A stretch of DNA of 62,915 nucleotides, filler included. It is 6 parts of 6 records of this genome, joined end to end, with 100 filler letters (N's around TTAATTAATTAA, not from the genome) between each part and the next. Parts side by side here need not be neighbours in the genome. Positions count along the whole stretch, not along the records: positions 30,125 to 44,702 come from SRR20825019_1916; positions 44,803 to 51,436 come from SRR20825019_1924; 4 more parts are not named here. The stretch is one strand, 5' to 3'. A program made the position numbers and the translations under genes. Position 1 is the stretch's first letter, and every line of letters starts with the position of its first letter. The notes beneath the pieces were generated by a model. It had not been told where the DNA came from and ran no database searches. It saw nothing but the letters and a program-made list of their open reading frames with translations. Positions 36,564-47,391 of this stretch are shown piece by piece.

Positions 36564-39500
36564 ATGGGAAAGAAGAACAGAAAAGGGTCGGCCGACCGCA
36601 AGCTGCCTTCGAGCCCCTCTCAATCTCCCGCAGCCAACCATGCGAATGGCGCGGAGTCACAGTCGTCGACACCGACGAAAGTACCAGGGACAGGAGCTCC
36701 CAGCCTTGATCTCGCAATCACTGGCGATGGCGGCCGATCCAAGTGGGACATGCTGAGAACTTCTTTGGAAACTGCCAATAGGTTCAAGGTTGCTGCTAGT
36801 GAGCAAAAGCCAAACGCTGACCGTGTCAAGGTGTTTGTGCGAGTGCGACCACAAAACCCGGTCACCGAGGGAAACGATTTCACTGACCAGGGCGTCGAGT
36901 TTCCGGACTCCGGGACCACTGACAGCATGATTAAGGTGCGGCCTTATACCACTGCGGTGGACTATGTCGACGCTATGATGGCAGCGCGTAGCCCGAGGGA
37001 GGATAGGCTCTCGGGAGTATCGCCGATGCAGCGGGAACGGTTGCTTTCAACGGCTTCGACTGGAAGCAGGAGAGAGCGCAGGTCGTCAGTCGACTCAGTA
37101 AGTAGTGATGCTCCCCCGCAGAATAGAAACCGTAGCCCGACTGTTGAAATGATGCGACCCAAGACACCCACCGGACATGTGCCGTCAACTTATGTTCCTT
37201 CAAATCAAACAACAGAACAAACCTTTGTTTTCGACCAAGTTTTCCGCCCAACGGCGTCCCAGTCGGAGGTTTATGCAGATATTGCCTCGGGGGTTGTTGA
37301 GGGCGTGGTGTCTGGTGTAAATGGCTCGATCATATGCCACGGTGCGCGTAGGTCAGGCAAGACATACACGATGTGTGGCCCTCCTGGTGAAGACGAGGGC
37401 TCCCTGCGTGGCATGCTGCCCCGTGCTGTTGACCATCTGTTCTCACTATTAGAGGACGACCAAATGGATTTCAAAATCCTTGTGACTTATCTTCAAATTT
37501 ATAATGAGCGGTACATTGACTTGTTGGATCCTGTTTCTAACGAAACCATTGCTGTTCTGGAGGACAAAGAAAGCGGTGTCTCCGTGTTGTCCGGTGTTTG
37601 TGAGGAGTTTGCAGTGTCACGGTTGGAGGTGCTGGAGCTTCAGCGCCAAGGCTACCGTTTCGCAATTAAGGACGAGAAAGACTCTTCAAGTGCTGCTGGT
37701 CACATGATTATGAGGCTTTCTGTGATTCAGCAGAAGAAGGACGATTCGGCAGGGAAACTCTTTGCGTCATTATACCTTGTGGACCTTGGCGTTCCCCAGA
37801 AGAACATGGGAACAAAGGACTCTATTGTATGCCTTGGCAATGTTATCGAGGCATTGACATCCTCGGACCGCAAGCATGTTCCTTACCGTGACTCGAAGTT
37901 GACTCGGGTTCTACAGGCCCCTTTGAGCGGTCTCTTCAACACTGCGATGGTATGTTGTGTCTCGCCGGCGAAACAATGCACCGTAGAATCGCTGTTGAGT
38001 CTGCGCTTTGGTGCCCGGTGCAAGAAGGTTCGGTTGCAGCCGAAGGTGAATGTGACTTTCGGCGTGAAGGAGTATCAAATGAAAGTGCGGGATCTTGAAG
38101 CGCAGTTGGAAACTCTCCAAACTGTTGTCCAGGCGAAGGGTTGGGCTGACTGCCTTTCGAAAGACGTGATGGAGTTGACACATCGCCGTGACAAGGCGAA
38201 GGAGAGTTGCGAAAAACTGAATGCAGAATGCGTCGAATTGATGAAGCATAAGGATGACCTGTTAATAGAACTCCAAGGGACGGAGGCCACTAAGAACCAG
38301 GTTCTGCGCCAACTGGAATCGCTCCAAGCTGAGTCTGCGAGAAAGAAGGCCGAGGTGGCTGCTCGTGAGGAGGAGCTCGCCCGGATATCCAAGGAAATTA
38401 CAGATTCTGTCGAGGGTCGCCGGGCCGCAGAATCGCGAATGAAAACGCTACTGCTGGGGCGCTCCGAAACGCGAAAGGATCTCGACGAATACGAAGGCCT
38501 GCATGCATGGATTGTCGCGGTGCGGTCAGGCCGGGCACAGCCCGCCGGGGAGGACGATGGTGATCACCTCGCGGCGGTAGGAGACTTGGAGTCCATTTCC
38601 ACTGCGAATAAGCTACTGTGGTTCACCTCAGAGGCCGCGGACTCGGCCGCTTGCATGGGCCACCTGCCTGTCCTGAAGTGGCTTCATGAAAAGAAATACT
38701 CCTGCACGACTGCAGCCATGGACCGGGCAGCCGGAGCAGGTCGCTTGGACATTGTCAAATGGCTCCATGAAAACAGAGAGGAAGGTTGCACAACGAGGGC
38801 TATGGACTGGGCGGCACGTTCGGGCAGGCTTGATGTCGTGAAGTGGCTTCACAACAACCGGTCCGAAGGATGCACGATTGCGGCCATGGATGGGGCTGCC
38901 GCAAGTGGTCATGTCCAGATGCTGAATTGGTTATTGCAGAACCGCTCAGAAGGATGCAGCATCCATGCATTGGACGGAGCAGCCGCGTCTGGAAACGTCG
39001 CTGTGATGAAGTGGTTAAGCGAACATCACCTCATTCCTGGCGGCCCCTCTGCCTCAGCGGTAGCGGCTGCTGCCACCAATGGCCATATGAATGTGCTGGA
39101 ATGGATCAAGGGCACCAATGAAATCTTCCCGGTCTCCATCCGTGCAGTGGAGGGAGCTGCACAGCGTGGCCACCTGGCTATCCTTAAGTGGCTGGATGAA
39201 CAGTGTGTTCCCGACGGCGCAGGATGCTCCGAGTTGGCCGTCACAGAGGCAGCGGCCAGCGGACACATGGCGGTTTTGGAATATTTCAAAGAGAAGCATT
39301 TCGACTCGTGCTTCACCAGCCGGGCGGTGGACTGCGCCGCCGGCTCGGGCCACCTGCAAGTAGCGAAGTGGCTGGCATCTATAGGGCTCAAGTGCACTCC
39401 CGATGCCTATGACCTGTGCGCTGCCGGCGGTCATGCAGGAGGGCTGGAGTGGCTCTTCACCACGTATGGAGAGGAGGTCAGGCCGCGCCGTGCCCTCGAG

Positions 39501-39803
39501 CTTGCTGCAGGTCGAGGCCACGTACACATAGTGAAGCTTCTTCATAAGCATGCTCCTGCTGTTGAGGATACCGCCCCTATTGCTAGCGCAGCGTCCCACG
39601 GTCATCTTGAAGTGATCAAGTTTCTCCACTCAGCCGGCTATGCTGCAAGAGGCAACGCAATCGATAATGCAGCTCGTGGGAACCATCTTGAAACGGCCCG
39701 ATGGATTGACAAAACTATGGGCGTTACTGGATCCGAAGAGGCAATGGACTGGTTGGCTGCCGGGCCTGCGGCTCCAGCTAAAGGCAACTGTGCCGTTATG
39801 TAG
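36564..39803 (+). CDS. Kinesin-like protein with degenerate switch motifs, coiled coil, ankyrin repeats and C-terminal CaaX (CAVM)
   Basis: VKVFVRVRP, FVFDQVF, GARRSGKTYTM, YLQIYNE, HVPYRDSKLTRVLQ, SLRFGAR; a long array of AMDxAAxxGxLxVVKWLH-type repeats; ends KGNCAVM*; intronless. Confidence 0.9.
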   Translation: MGKKNRKGSADRKLPSSPSQSPAANHANGAESQSSTPTKVPGTGAPSLDLAITGDGGRSKWDMLRTSLETANRFKVAASEQKPNADRVKVFVRVRPQNPVTEGNDFTDQGVEFPDSGTTDSMIKVRPYTTAVDYVDAMMAARSPREDRLSGVSPMQRERLLSTASTGSRRERRSSVDSVSSDAPPQNRNRSPTVEMMRPKTPTGHVPSTYVPSNQTTEQTFVFDQVFRPTASQSEVYADIASGVVEGVVSGVNGSIICHGARRSGKTYTMCGPPGEDEGSLRGMLPRAVDHLFSLLEDDQMDFKILVTYLQIYNERYIDLLDPVSNETIAVLEDKESGVSVLSGVCEEFAVSRLEVLELQRQGYRFAIKDEKDSSSAAGHMIMRLSVIQQKKDDSAGKLFASLYLVDLGVPQKNMGTKDSIVCLGNVIEALTSSDRKHVPYRDSKLTRVLQAPLSGLFNTAMVCCVSPAKQCTVESLLSLRFGARCKKVRLQPKVNVTFGVKEYQMKVRDLEAQLETLQTVVQAKGWADCLSKDVMELTHRRDKAKESCEKLNAECVELMKHKDDLLIELQGTEATKNQVLRQLESLQAESARKKAEVAAREEELARISKEITDSVEGRRAAESRMKTLLLGRSETRKDLDEYEGLHAWIVAVRSGRAQPAGEDDGDHLAAVGDLESISTANKLLWFTSEAADSAACMGHLPVLKWLHEKKYSCTTAAMDRAAGAGRLDIVKWLHENREEGCTTRAMDWAARSGRLDVVKWLHNNRSEGCTIAAMDGAAASGHVQMLNWLLQNRSEGCSIHALDGAAASGNVAVMKWLSEHHLIPGGPSASAVAAAATNGHMNVLEWIKGTNEIFPVSIRAVEGAAQRGHLAILKWLDEQCVPDGAGCSELAVTEAAASGHMAVLEYFKEKHFDSCFTSRAVDCAAGSGHLQVAKWLASIGLKCTPDAYDLCAAGGHAGGLEWLFTTYGEEVRPRRALELAAGRGHVHIVKLLHKHAPAVEDTAPIASAASHGHLEVIKFLHSAGYAARGNAIDNAARGNHLETARWIDKTMGVTGSEEAMDWLAAGPAAPAKGNCAVM

Positions 39804-39932
39804 GCCGCACATCTGGCCATCCTGCACTTGTTGAACGAAATTGCCATCAATGCCGCGCGAGCGTGACTCCAGCGGAAGAATTATGCAGCGTATTAAATCC
39901 CCTATATTGGAATGAAGGTTGGTCAGCGTTTA

Positions 39933-42032
39933 TTACTGGAACTCATGCGCGATTCCGACAGAGTCACTGAGGTTAATGACCGAGTGAGACCATAGCTGAG
40001 GCACGTACATGATGTCGCCAGCTTGCTGAACACATTCAAACAATTTTCCTGGATGGGGCTTCTGGCGAGACAACCAAATGGAGGGGTGAACAGTGGAGTA
40101 ATGGCCGTATCCCGGAGGCAACATGAACCAGCGCTTGGTTCCATGCATCACAGCATTCCAAGCATCGTTGTGGTAGTGGAATGGCGCTCCTGAACCAGCA
40201 GGACCAAGAAACACTTCCACAGACGAAGAGATCATCCCCCTCACAGGTGGAGGAATGCTTACATCTTCCAGTAACTGTGGGCTTCTATGCGCTGCTTGGG
40301 AATCAAACCAATATGCAGGAGCAACTCTTTGGCTTTGACTTAAAGACGCTGTCTTGGCCACAGCCACAGCCAAATCAATATGCCCCATATTCTTCACAAA
40401 ATCTTCCATCAAGAGCGACTTACTCTCGAATCCCCAAGGTTCACCAAACGGAATGGCATACACCGTAATGTTATGCTGAGACACAGGTCCATGCTCAAAG
40501 AAACCACGCGTCCAAGTGCCGCTTGCTTTCCATTGCTTCGCCGCCCCACGAAGCAAAACAGGTCGTGAGGGAATAACATAATTCCGGAAAAAGTCGTCTT
40601 GAGAGATCCCCATCTTGACGTCAATGTTGCATTCGTACGGTTTCGGAGACTCGGGCACATCCCATCCCGCTTCTACTGACCCTGCAACACTGTCCGCTAG
40701 AATGACTCGCCGATTCGGTGTGGGTATTAGGTCATCAGCGGTCCTCCCCTTCATATCCTTGATGTGAATGTCTGCACCATGGGAAAGTAGTACAGAGTAC
40801 ACCGCTTCCCAGCCTAGTGCAGCAGCATAGTGAAGCGCTGTCATTCCATGAGCATTCTTATCATTCACATTCGCTCCCCACGACAGCAAGTCCTGGCAAA
40901 GCTGTGCCGATCCTAAGTACGCCGCATGCATCAGCGGCGTGCCAATGTAACTCTCAGTGGCCACACCCCTAGTTGGAATTCTCTCATTGATATGTTTTGC
41001 AATAACCCCGTGCCTTTGTAACACCAATGCCATCTTTGCGGCTATCTCATAAAGGATCATTTCGATCGACTGTCCATCGGTGCCTCCATGCTTTGAGTCC
41101 AAGATGGTAAAGAATCTCTTCGAAAATTTGAGGACTTTCAGAGGAGTTGTGATTTGAACATTCTCAAACACATGGGGCTCCTCGTAAGTGGACGATCGCA
41201 TAGAGAGCAAGTACTTGGACAGGTTCACCTTGAGTTCAAACCAGGAACGAAACATAGCGTGATACATCAGGTTCCTTCCTCCCCTCGTGACCGCATTGGC
41301 ATTCGCTCCATTCTTCAGAAGGAGGTCCACACCAACGTGGTTACCTGACCTGCCTGCAAACAGAACCGCGGCACTCCTGGAGCCATTGTCTTCGATATCG
41401 GCATTAGGCGATGCACCAAAACGCAAAATGTGGGCCAAGGCCGCGTTGTGATCCCGATGCAGAATCTGCCCTGGGACCACGACAGAGTTCTTCCAGCCCT
41501 TGAGCGCTGCGCTCAACGGTGTTTCGTCCAATAGAGAACTGCGCCCTTCTATCGCATCTGCAAATGGCCCGGGACTGGCGTCGGGTGGCATAAATAGTTT
41601 CAGGGTCGCAAGGTCACCAAGGTAGCTCGCGTGTACAACGGCATCAGTGGACCATGGTAAACTCTTTTCGCCTCTCATCTCTAGCAGCGCACTTAAGAGT
41701 AAATCAGTAGCGTACTCAACAATATCCCTTGAAATTGTCCACTGTAGAGTCTTTGACTCAACAACCGACCCCTGATTCCTTTTTAGCAAAGTCATAGTTT
41801 GGGGCGTCGTGACCGCACCACTCGTGTCAATGTCGAAGAGAACTTCGGGGAAATGCTTGAAGCGCATCTGTACCTCTTCGATTGCAACGGCAAGTAGTTC
41901 AGACTGCCTCTGGAAACGGACTTCCAGCACGATCGAGTCGGGACCCTCGGCCCCACTAGTCATGCCAATAAACATCAGCAAACCAAAGAATGCGGACAAG
42001 CCAACACTCTCCCACCGAACCCTCATTTTCAT
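39933..42032 (-). CDS. Signal peptide + ankyrin repeats + JmjC (JMJD8/cupin_8-like) protein
   Basis: MKMRVRWESVGLSAFFGLLMFIG leader (alternative ATG at 42068); GTPLMHAA, GMTALHYAA ankyrins; RPVLLRG, GSGAPFHYH, KRW, QQAGDIMYVP..WSHSVINL. Confidence 0.88.
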   Translation of the reverse strand: MKMRVRWESVGLSAFFGLLMFIGMTSGAEGPDSIVLEVRFQRQSELLAVAIEEVQMRFKHFPEVLFDIDTSGAVTTPQTMTLLKRNQGSVVESKTLQWTISRDIVEYATDLLLSALLEMRGEKSLPWSTDAVVHASYLGDLATLKLFMPPDASPGPFADAIEGRSSLLDETPLSAALKGWKNSVVVPGQILHRDHNAALAHILRFGASPNADIEDNGSRSAAVLFAGRSGNHVGVDLLLKNGANANAVTRGGRNLMYHAMFRSWFELKVNLSKYLLSMRSSTYEEPHVFENVQITTPLKVLKFSKRFFTILDSKHGGTDGQSIEMILYEIAAKMALVLQRHGVIAKHINERIPTRGVATESYIGTPLMHAAYLGSAQLCQDLLSWGANVNDKNAHGMTALHYAAALGWEAVYSVLLSHGADIHIKDMKGRTADDLIPTPNRRVILADSVAGSVEAGWDVPESPKPYECNIDVKMGISQDDFFRNYVIPSRPVLLRGAAKQWKASGTWTRGFFEHGPVSQHNITVYAIPFGEPWGFESKSLLMEDFVKNMGHIDLAVAVAKTASLSQSQRVAPAYWFDSQAAHRSPQLLEDVSIPPPVRGMISSSVEVFLGPAGSGAPFHYHNDAWNAVMHGTKRWFMLPPGYGHYSTVHPSIWLSRQKPHPGKLFECVQQAGDIMYVPQLWSHSVINLSDSVGIAHEFQ

Positions 42033-42129
42033 TGCCTCATGCCCCCTTCTACGTGGAGTCATACACATGCTCTATAAATACAGCTAGCTGTCGCGACATC
42101 ACTGTGGAACAGCCCTTCCGGTTTCACCG

Positions 42130-42325
42130 GTCAGCTTGCCCCCGACCGGGCCCTTGGGAAGGCCGGGGGCCCCGGGGGCCCCGGGCGACCGCGATGGCCG
42201 GGCGGGGCCGCCGACCGCCGGCGGGCCGGGCGGCGGCGGCATGGCGGCGGCGCCTCCGGCGTCCGCGGGCGGCCCCGGCCGCCCGGGGGGGTCCGGCCGG
42301 CTGGCGGCCCGGCCGGGGCCTGACT
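42130..42325. promoter_or_regulatory. GC-rich island between divergent genes
   Basis: Nearly pure G/C tract between JmjC (-) and CCT3 (+); TGACTCA near 42355. Confidence 0.55.
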
Positions 42326-42817
42326 GTTATGCGCAGTTTTCCATTTTAGGCCAATGACTCAGATATAATGTATACGATGGATCGAGCATTCCACCAATCC
42401 ACAAATAACGAATAGTCTCAATAAAACAAATGTCGACCCTCAAAGAAAAATTATATTTCAAAAATTTGCGCGAAATTCGGCGCCGAGTCAGCAAGGTTCC
42501 GAGGTGACAGGTCGACGACCGATGTTCGCTTCGGTTCTCAAGGCTTTAGTGGTTGTTGACCCGAGCCTAGGGCTCATGATGATTCTTTGCAAAGACGGTC
42601 AGGGTCCTTCATTCGGGTCGGCTGCTTCGCTAATGATGACTCTGGGCGGGTCGGTTCGTTTCCCGGTGGGTGGACTGTGGACTAGGTTTGAAACGGCCTT
42701 GGCCGCCTTAACGCCCAATACGTTTCTGCGTTCTCTCACGGGCTGCACGCCCACATATTTATGCCCCACCGCCTCCTTTTGGAAAGCAAGGAGGGCTTTT
42801 TCTCAGAACTATACAAG

Positions 42818-44531
42818 ATGTCTGGGCAGCTTCCCGTCATGGTTATGAGTAAGTTGTTGGCGGTGTTTGCGGGTTTAAGCAGGCAGAGAGACTAACGTGG
42901 GGTTTCCACGAACAGACCAAAACACAAAGCGCGAGCAGGGCCGTAAGGCTCAGCTCCAGAACATTCAGTCCGCCAAGGCTGTGTCTGAGATTATTCGTAC
43001 CACTCTCGGCCCCAAGTCTATGCTTAAGATGATTCTGGATCCTATGGGCGGTATTGTCATGACCAACGATGGAAATTCCATCCTGCGTGAGATTGATGTG
43101 TCACACCCGGCTGCTAAGAGCATGATTGAGCTCAGCCGCACTCAGGAGGAAGAGGTTGGGGATGGTACCTCCGCTGTCATCATTATTGCTGGTGAGGTTA
43201 TGCACGTGTCTCAGACATTTATTGAGAGGCAAATGCACCCCACCGTGATCAATGCCGCATACAGGGATGCGCTCAACGACGCGCTTAAGGTTGTGAAGGA
43301 ATGCTCTTTCCCTGTGGACTTGAATAATGACGAGGAGCTTATCAACATTGCTTCCACATGCATTGGGACCAAGTTTATGTCTCGTTGGTGGGAACAGTTG
43401 GTGAAGATGGGCCTTAAGGCTGTCCGTACTGTTTACATAGAGGAGGAGGGCCGCAAGATTATTGACACCAAGCGTTTCGCCAAGGTTGAGAAGATTCCGG
43501 GCGGTGAGCTCGAGGATTGCGAGGTGTTGGACGGTGTTATGCTCAACAAGGATGTGACTCATCCCGGTATGAAGAGGTCCATCAAGAACCCGCGTGTCGT
43601 GCTTCTTGACTGCCCCATGGAGTACAAGAAGGGTGAGAGCCAGACAAACGTCGAGGCCATGAACGAGAGTGACTTCGAGACGCTCCTCCGTATGGAGGAA
43701 GAGTACGTCGAGAATATGTGCAAGCACATTCTGAGGGTGAAGCCTGATGTTGTGGTCACTGAGAAGGGTATCTCGGATCACGCTCAGCACTGGCTCAAGA
43801 AGGCCGGTGTCTCTTGCCTTCGCCGTGCTCGTAAGACCGATAACCTTCGTATTGCACGTGCCTCCGGTGCCACTATTGTGCACCGTCCTGAAGAGATCAA
43901 GGAGTCTGATGTCGGTACTAAGTGCGGTTTGTTCGAGGTTCGTAAGATTGGTGACGAATACTTCTCCTACTTCGTAGAGTGCAAGGACCATAAGGCTTGC
44001 ACTATCCTGCTCCGTGGTGCATCTAAGGATTTCCTTAACGAGGTAGAGCGCAACCTTGGGGATGTGATCCAGGTCCTCCGCAGTGTGTTCCAAGAGCCCC
44101 TGCTTGTCCCCGGCGGTGGTGCCGTCGAGATGTCCATCTCCACCGCTCTTAATGCCAAGTCCAAGCTTGTGGAGGGTGTGAAGCAGCTTCCCTACCGCAC
44201 CCTCGGTTCCGCCATGGAGATTATTCCCCGTACCCTCTGTGAGAACTGCGGTGCCAATACCATCCGTGTTATCACCGCCTTGCGTGCCAAGCACGCCGAT
44301 GGCAAGAACACCACCTTCGGTGTTGATGGAGAGAAGGGTGTAGTAGCTGACATGAAGACCCTCGGCGTTTGGGAGCCGTTTGTCGTAAAGGAGCAGACGA
44401 TTAAGTCCGCCGTCGAGTCCGCCATGATGCTTCTCCGCATCGACGATATCGTCTCCGGTATCACCAAGAAGGCCCCCCAGGGCCAGCAGCAGCAGCAGCC
44501 TACCCCCGAGGAGATGGAGGAGGCTATGTAA
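42818..44531 (+). CDS. CCT3: T-complex protein 1 subunit gamma (CCT3)
   Basis: MSGQLPVMVM [intron 42849-42915, branch site GACTAAC] NQNTKREQGRKAQ; TNDGNSILREI, GDGT, KVEKIPGG, EYKKGESQT, LLRIDDIVSG. Confidence 0.97.
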
Positions 44532-44702
44532 GCAAATCTTCCTCTTCCCTCTGTTTTCCGTTCCCAAAGGCGTCTTTTGGACGGAGTCTTACCGGCCACG
44601 TCGCATTGCGCGATGCGTATTTTTCAGTAAATTTTTGCATCGTGGTTTCTTCAAGGTTGTGATAATACTTCCCGGCCTGACTAAAATTGGCGGGAATGTG
44701 GT

Positions 44703-44802
44703 NNNNNNNNNNNNNNNNNNNNNNNNNNNNNNNNNNNNNNNNNNNNTTAATTAATTAANNNNNNNNNNNNNNNNNNNNNNNNNNNNNNNNNNNNNNNNNN
44801 NN
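44703..44802. other. Artificial contig spacer
   Basis: N44-TTAATTAATTAA-N44. Confidence 0.98.
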
Positions 44803-45860
44803 GGGGGGGGGGGGGGGGGGGGGGGGGCGACCAACTAGCCGGACGGGCCGCGGGCGGCCGGACCGGCGGGACATCGAGTCTGGCGCCGCCGCGCTGGCCG
44901 GGCCACTGACTGCAGCGGGGTCGGGTCTTTCGTGAGTCCGAGTCCGCCTTGTCCGATCCCCGATCGCCCGGGCCGCCATAGTGTGACCGTCGGCCGGCCG
45001 CGTGGCAGGCCCGACGAAGGACGTCCGGCCGGGCGGCCCGCCCGCTCGAGCCGAGCCCCGTGTGCAGTGCGGGGTGCCGGCCCGGCGGACGGAGTGCGGT
45101 CGCGGCAGTAGCGGGCCGCCCGAGCTCGAGTCGCATTTGCGGCAGGCCAGTCACTTCACCGGAGCCGGCCCTCAGAGCTCGCACGCCGCCGGCGGCCGCC
45201 GGCGGCCGCCGGCATCATGTCACAGTAACAGTACGGACGTACGACTGATGAATCATCAGACCTAGCCTGATGAGACGGTACTCCCGCAGCACCCAGCCGG
45301 CAGGGCCGGGTGGCGCCTCAGGCGCGTGGCTAATTTTAGATCAACTATGCCCATCCGTGAACGAGGATCATCCACGGGTCCCATGCGGCACGGCATGCCA
45401 GCGCGGCGGCCGGTCCGGGGATGACGGACCGGCCGTCCCCCGGTCGCCATCGCCCGAACGCATCCGGCGGCTCGGATGGTGCGACCGGGCAGCACGGGTT
45501 TTTGGCGCCCGGCCGCCGGCCCCGGCCCATCCGGCACCCGGCAGTGACGGCCGGGCGGCCCGGGCTCCGGCCCTGGGCCGCGGTGACGGCCGCACGCGGC
45601 CAGTGTGAGTGTTTCCAGTCCGGACGGAGAGGAGCGGGTGACCAGGCCCACACCCCAACTCACAACCGCATCCTCCGCCGCCCCGGCCCCTTCCCCCTGG
45701 GTCACGTTCTCACTGTGGTGCCATGGACCCCTTACGTCACTACCGCCCCCCGCTCCCCCCCCCTGCCAGTGGCGCCAGGCCGGGCGCTTGTCACTCTGCC
45801 CGGACGGTCCAGGCATCCGAGGAGAGAATGGCACGCTAAATCTGGCCAGGGCCATAGCCA
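44803..45860. promoter_or_regulatory. GC-rich island upstream of the METTL6-like gene
   Basis: Same composition as the other islands; tandem palindromic GGCGGCCGCC units near 45185-45213. Confidence 0.5.
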
Positions 45861-46015
45861 GGCTCTAGTCGTGAGTAGCCTAACCGCGAGAATTTCCGGT
45901 TGCGGGGAGAGGACTATGGGCCAGCCGGTAAGCATGCGTTAGTCCCAAACGGTGGATCGCCTTCCAACTACCTATATAGGGCATGCAAAGCAGCACATCA
46001 CAACATATATAAACC

Positions 46016-47360
46016 ATGTCGTTTCAGAACCACAAGCGTCGCGAGAAGAATCACCTGGGGTATTGGCTTGGTGGCGGTATACCCAACTCTGTGAAGAGTC
46101 TGGCGGAACAACAGGCTTCCGCCGGCTCAGCAGACGGTAGAAAGGCTCGGTGTTTGGGCGCCGCGAAGCTACTCATAGAGAACCCCGACAAAGTATGTCT
46201 TGTCTTGTGTATGTATGTTCACTTGACTTATGTGCTTCTTAGGTTGAGGAGTATTTGGCAGAGACTGACGGAGATCCGGTACCAGAGGAGTGGCGTACGT
46301 GACTATCTAGTGTCAGTGTGCTGTACTAATGTGCACTGTAGAGGAAAAGTATGAGAATGAAGCCAGCAGGTATTGGGATTTGTTCTACCTCCAAAAAGGA
46401 AAGGAGTTCTTCAAGATGAGGCACTACCTCAAACGGGTACTTGAACAGTCTTGGCATCAGATGTGCGTGCTAACAAGACATAGGAACTCCCTGAAATCGC
46501 GGAGGTTACGGAGAAGGCATCTGTCGTTGAAATAGGATGTGGTCATGGCAGCAACTTGTTTCCCATGCTGGAGCTCAACTCGAATCTTTATGCATATGCT
46601 TATGATTTTAGCGCGCAAGCTGTAGAGCAAGTTAAGGTTTGCAGGGCAGGACTCAGAGTGTCGAAGATGCAAGGCATTGACAGTTGCGTAGGCAAATGAG
46701 AATTTCGACCCAACAAGATGCCAGGCTCATGTTCGTGATATCACATCGCAGCCATTGACCGAGGTCATCGAGGTAGAGTATCCACTAGCGGGGACAGTTT
46801 GCGCCTCACTAACTGTCATATGAAGGGCGGGCTTGCAGACTTTGTCATGGTGTTCTTTGTCTTGTCTGCGATTCATCCCACAAAGTATGTGGAAGCGCTC
46901 AGAAACCTCAAGCAGTGCTTGAAGCCAGGGGGCATCCTGTTGTTTCGTGACTATGGACTTCATGACTTGGCGCAGCTAAGGTTTGCACCTGGTCATAAGC
47001 TCGAGGAGAACTTTTATGTTCGCGGAGATGGGACGCGGTCGTACTTTTTTCGCGAAGGTATGGTGATAAGTCATGATTGGGTGGTGAGCAGCATGCATTT
47101 ACACATGAAATATAGATAAAGTTCGCGAGATATTTTCTGAGGCCGGCTTCGATGTTTTGGAGGTCGAGAATGTTAAAAAGGAGGTCACAAATCGGAAGCG
47201 AGAGGTCACAATGGCCAGAGTGTGGATCCAGGGCAAGTTCTGCATTGCTGGCACTGGTGGCAAGATTACGAAGAAGATTGATGCGCCTGTTCCCTCCCAA
47301 GAAGACGAAGGAGAAGCCTGCCATGAGGATAAGAAGAGGAAGGTGTCTTCAGAACATTAA
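46016..47360 (+). CDS. tRNA N3-methylcytidine methyltransferase (METTL6/METTL2/Trm140 family), multi-exon
   Basis: YWDLFY...FFKMRHYL, EIGCGHGS, AYDFS, FVLSAIHP, LKPGGILLFRDYGLHDLAQLRF, FYVRGDGTRSYFF, RVWIQGKF. Confidence 0.93.
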
Positions 47361-47391
47361 CTGTCCCGGGGAAGGTAGAATCTTTGAAGCT

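Noticed and set aside
43101-44567. 488-aa antisense ORF over CCT3 (similarly 32369-32965 over cyclin U)
   Set aside because: Typical shadow ORF from biased codon usage in a highly expressed gene.
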